A DNA stretch of 18,246 bases, taken from contig CAXBPH010000131.1 of NCBI GenBank assembly GCA_963977445.1, forward strand, positions 1-18,246, given 5' to 3'. Source of the stretch: an uncultured bacterium (lineage in GTDB: Bacteria > Hydrogenedentota > Hydrogenedentia > Hydrogenedentales > JAEUWI01). The notes beneath the pieces are model-generated. The model was not told where the DNA came from. It ran no database searches and saw nothing but the letters and a program-made list of their open reading frames with translations. The translations under genes and the position numbers were made by a program. Below, in pieces: positions 16,581 to 18,246 of this stretch. The first letter of the stretch is position 1; each line of letters starts with the position of its first letter.

Positions 16581-17462
16581 ATGCGGGAATCAGACATGAC
16601 CGACTTAGCCACCCAGAGCGGCCCCATTGGAAGGTTGTTCGACGAACAGCACGCCACCAATGACCTGAGTACCTTTGCCCTTACCCCCGAACAGATCGCC
16701 CACTATGAACGGGAAGGCTACCTCGCGGGAACACGGATACTCACCGACGCCCAGTGCGATGTCTTGTGCGAAGAGCTCGCCGAATTGGCCGACCCCAATC
16801 ATCCCGGCAACCACCTTTTTTACGAATACAATTCCAATGAGTCCGCCGACCCCAACACGGTCCTCTTCCATGCCCTGGGTGCATGGCGGGTAAGTCCCGG
16901 CTTCCACGATATGCTTTGGAATCCCGCCTTCACCGTCCCCGCCTCGAATTTGCTCGGTGGCTCGGTGCGCTTCTGGCACGACCAGCTATTTTGTAAACCC
17001 GCCAAGCATGGTGGGGTAGTCGCATGGCACCAGGACTACTCCTATTGGACCCGGACAGAGCCCATGCAGCACCTGACCTGCTGGATAGGCCTGGATGATG
17101 CCGACGAGGAGAATGGCTGCCTTTACTATGTCCCCCGCAGTCACACGTGGCCCCTCCTTCCCGTCACAGGTCTCGCCGGCGATATGGAGGCTATTCAGAC
17201 CGTCTTGAATGATGAGCAGAAGGCCGCCTTCAATCCCATCCCCATTCGACTGAAGCGGGGTGAGTGTGCGTTTCACCACCCCCTCCTCGTCCACGGATCG
17301 TTTGACAACAAATCGGAGCGCTCACGGCGGGCCGTGGTGTTGAATGTCGTCCGCGATGGTGTTTGCTCCGTCTCTGAGGAACCCCTGCTGCAGGGCGTCC
17401 CCCCCGTGGCGAGTGGCCAGCCCCTGACAGGCGATTTCTTTCCACTACTTTATAGCACCTGA
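16581..17462 (+). CDS. Phytanoyl-CoA dioxygenase (PhyH) family Fe(II)/2-oxoglutarate dioxygenase
   Basis: [38 protein letters not shown] (HxD), [46 protein letters not shown]. Starts 10 nt after the previous stop (alternative ATG 16596). Confidence 0.93.
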   Translation: MRESDMTDLATQSGPIGRLFDEQHATNDLSTFALTPEQIAHYEREGYLAGTRILTDAQCDVLCEELAELADPNHPGNHLFYEYNSNESADPNTVLFHALGAWRVSPGFHDMLWNPAFTVPASNLLGGSVRFWHDQLFCKPAKHGGVVAWHQDYSYWTRTEPMQHLTCWIGLDDADEENGCLYYVPRSHTWPLLPVTGLAGDMEAIQTVLNDEQKAAFNPIPIRLKRGECAFHHPLLVHGSFDNKSERSRRAVVLNVVRDGVCSVSEEPLLQGVPPVASGQPLTGDFFPLLYST

Positions 17463-17548
17463 ACCTATTCTCCATTCCTATAACAGGCGACTGCACATCA
17501 GGGACTGAATACGTAGATTGGTCTTCTACCGTCGATTTCTTCTTTCTA

Positions 17549-17577
17549 TTGTAATTGAACTATGATTTCGATACTAT
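17549..17577 (+). promoter_or_regulatory. Putative sigma70-type promoter for kinase 2
   Basis: TTGTAA (17549-17554), 17-nt spacer, TACTAT (17572-17577) in an AT-rich spacer, about 40 nt before ATG 17617. Confidence 0.5.
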
Positions 17578-17616
17578 TAGTAGAGCAATATTGATGATCC
17601 ACTGGGGGTTTCCGAT

Positions 17617-18246
17617 ATGAGAGACTACGATATTCTCTTCGGTGTGCTTGCCGCACAATTGCGGTGGGTCCCTCCCTACGCCCTGTCGACATTTTCGACC
17701 CTTTCACAGAAAAGCCCCGATCAAAACCTTGGGGATTATCTGCACGAGAATGGGGGCCTTTCGGCGGAAGACCAGGAACTGCTCGTTCGTCTGGTAGACA
17801 CCGTCATCCACGCGCACCGTGGCGATGCGAAAGCCGCGCTGGAAACCTTTGGCGGCCAGGAGGCTATCGACGCGGCCTTCTCTGCCCCCGTCGGACGCCC
17901 CAAGACTCCTCCCATTTCCACCACCGACAAGACCATCGTCGGCACCATCATCTCCGATCATGAGCCCCCTTCCATCACATCGGAACGGGTCGGGCGCTAT
18001 ACAAAGGGCTCCGAATACGCACGGGGCGGCATAGGCCGGGTTCTTCTCGTACACGATGAACAAATCGGTCGCGATGTGATCCTGAAAGAACTCCTTCCCG
18101 ATCACGCCATAAGCCCCACCGACAAGACCCAGTCGCCCCCGGTACGTGGAGGCACCCCCAATACCCCCATGCGGCAGTCCGCCGCCATGATGGCCCGCTT
18201 CCTCAAAGAGGCCAAAATTACCGGCCAGATGGAGCACCCCTCCATC
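17617..18246 (+). CDS. Ser/Thr protein kinase, paralogue of 9266..13675 (5' part only; runs off the right edge)
   Basis: Not in the ORF track; translated by hand: MRDYDILFGVLAAQLRWVPPYAL...ITSERVGRYTKGSEYARGGIGRVLLVHDEQIGRDVILKELLP...MRQSAAMMARFLKEAKITGQMEHPSI, 210 codons open to the window end. Confidence 0.93.
   Translation, partial: MRDYDILFGVLAAQLRWVPPYALSTFSTLSQKSPDQNLGDYLHENGGLSAEDQELLVRLVDTVIHAHRGDAKAALETFGGQEAIDAAFSAPVGRPKTPPISTTDKTIVGTIISDHEPPSITSERVGRYTKGSEYARGGIGRVLLVHDEQIGRDVILKELLPDHAISPTDKTQSPPVRGGTPNTPMRQSAAMMARFLKEAKITGQMEHPSI

Noticed and set aside
15815..17462. PhyH proteins as Fe/2OG halogenases
   Set aside because: Both keep the Asp of HxD; halogenases have Ala or Gly there.
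1..18246. CRISPR array, tRNA/rRNA, IS or integrase
   Set aside because: No regularly spaced repeats, recognisable structural RNA or transposase/recombinase motifs were seen by eye.

Overview
GC-rich bacterial chromosomal region; the DUF1559/pilin-like gene has the style seen in Ca. Hydrogenedentes and related PVC-like lineages (recognition only, no search run). Left half: a partial minus-strand class I SAM methyltransferase (missed by the ORF track), a divergent ankyrin-repeat lipoprotein, and a minus-strand cell-envelope run of pbpC, an ArnT/PMT-like membrane glycosyltransferase, a GT2 glycosyltransferase, a DegT aminotransferase and a prepilin/DUF1559 H-X9-DG protein. Right half (plus strand): a ~1470-aa Hanks-type Ser/Thr kinase with TM helix, coiled coil, WD40 repeats and PDZ-like tail; two AT-richer tandem paralogues of unrecognised family sharing a strongly conserved 42-aa C-terminal 4-Cys module; a long hairpin; two PhyH-family Fe(II)/2OG dioxygenases; and the start of a second, paralogous kinase (also missed by the ORF track). 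The tandem paralogue pair is the best candidate for something undescribed. No RNA genes, CRISPR arrays or transposases were recognised.
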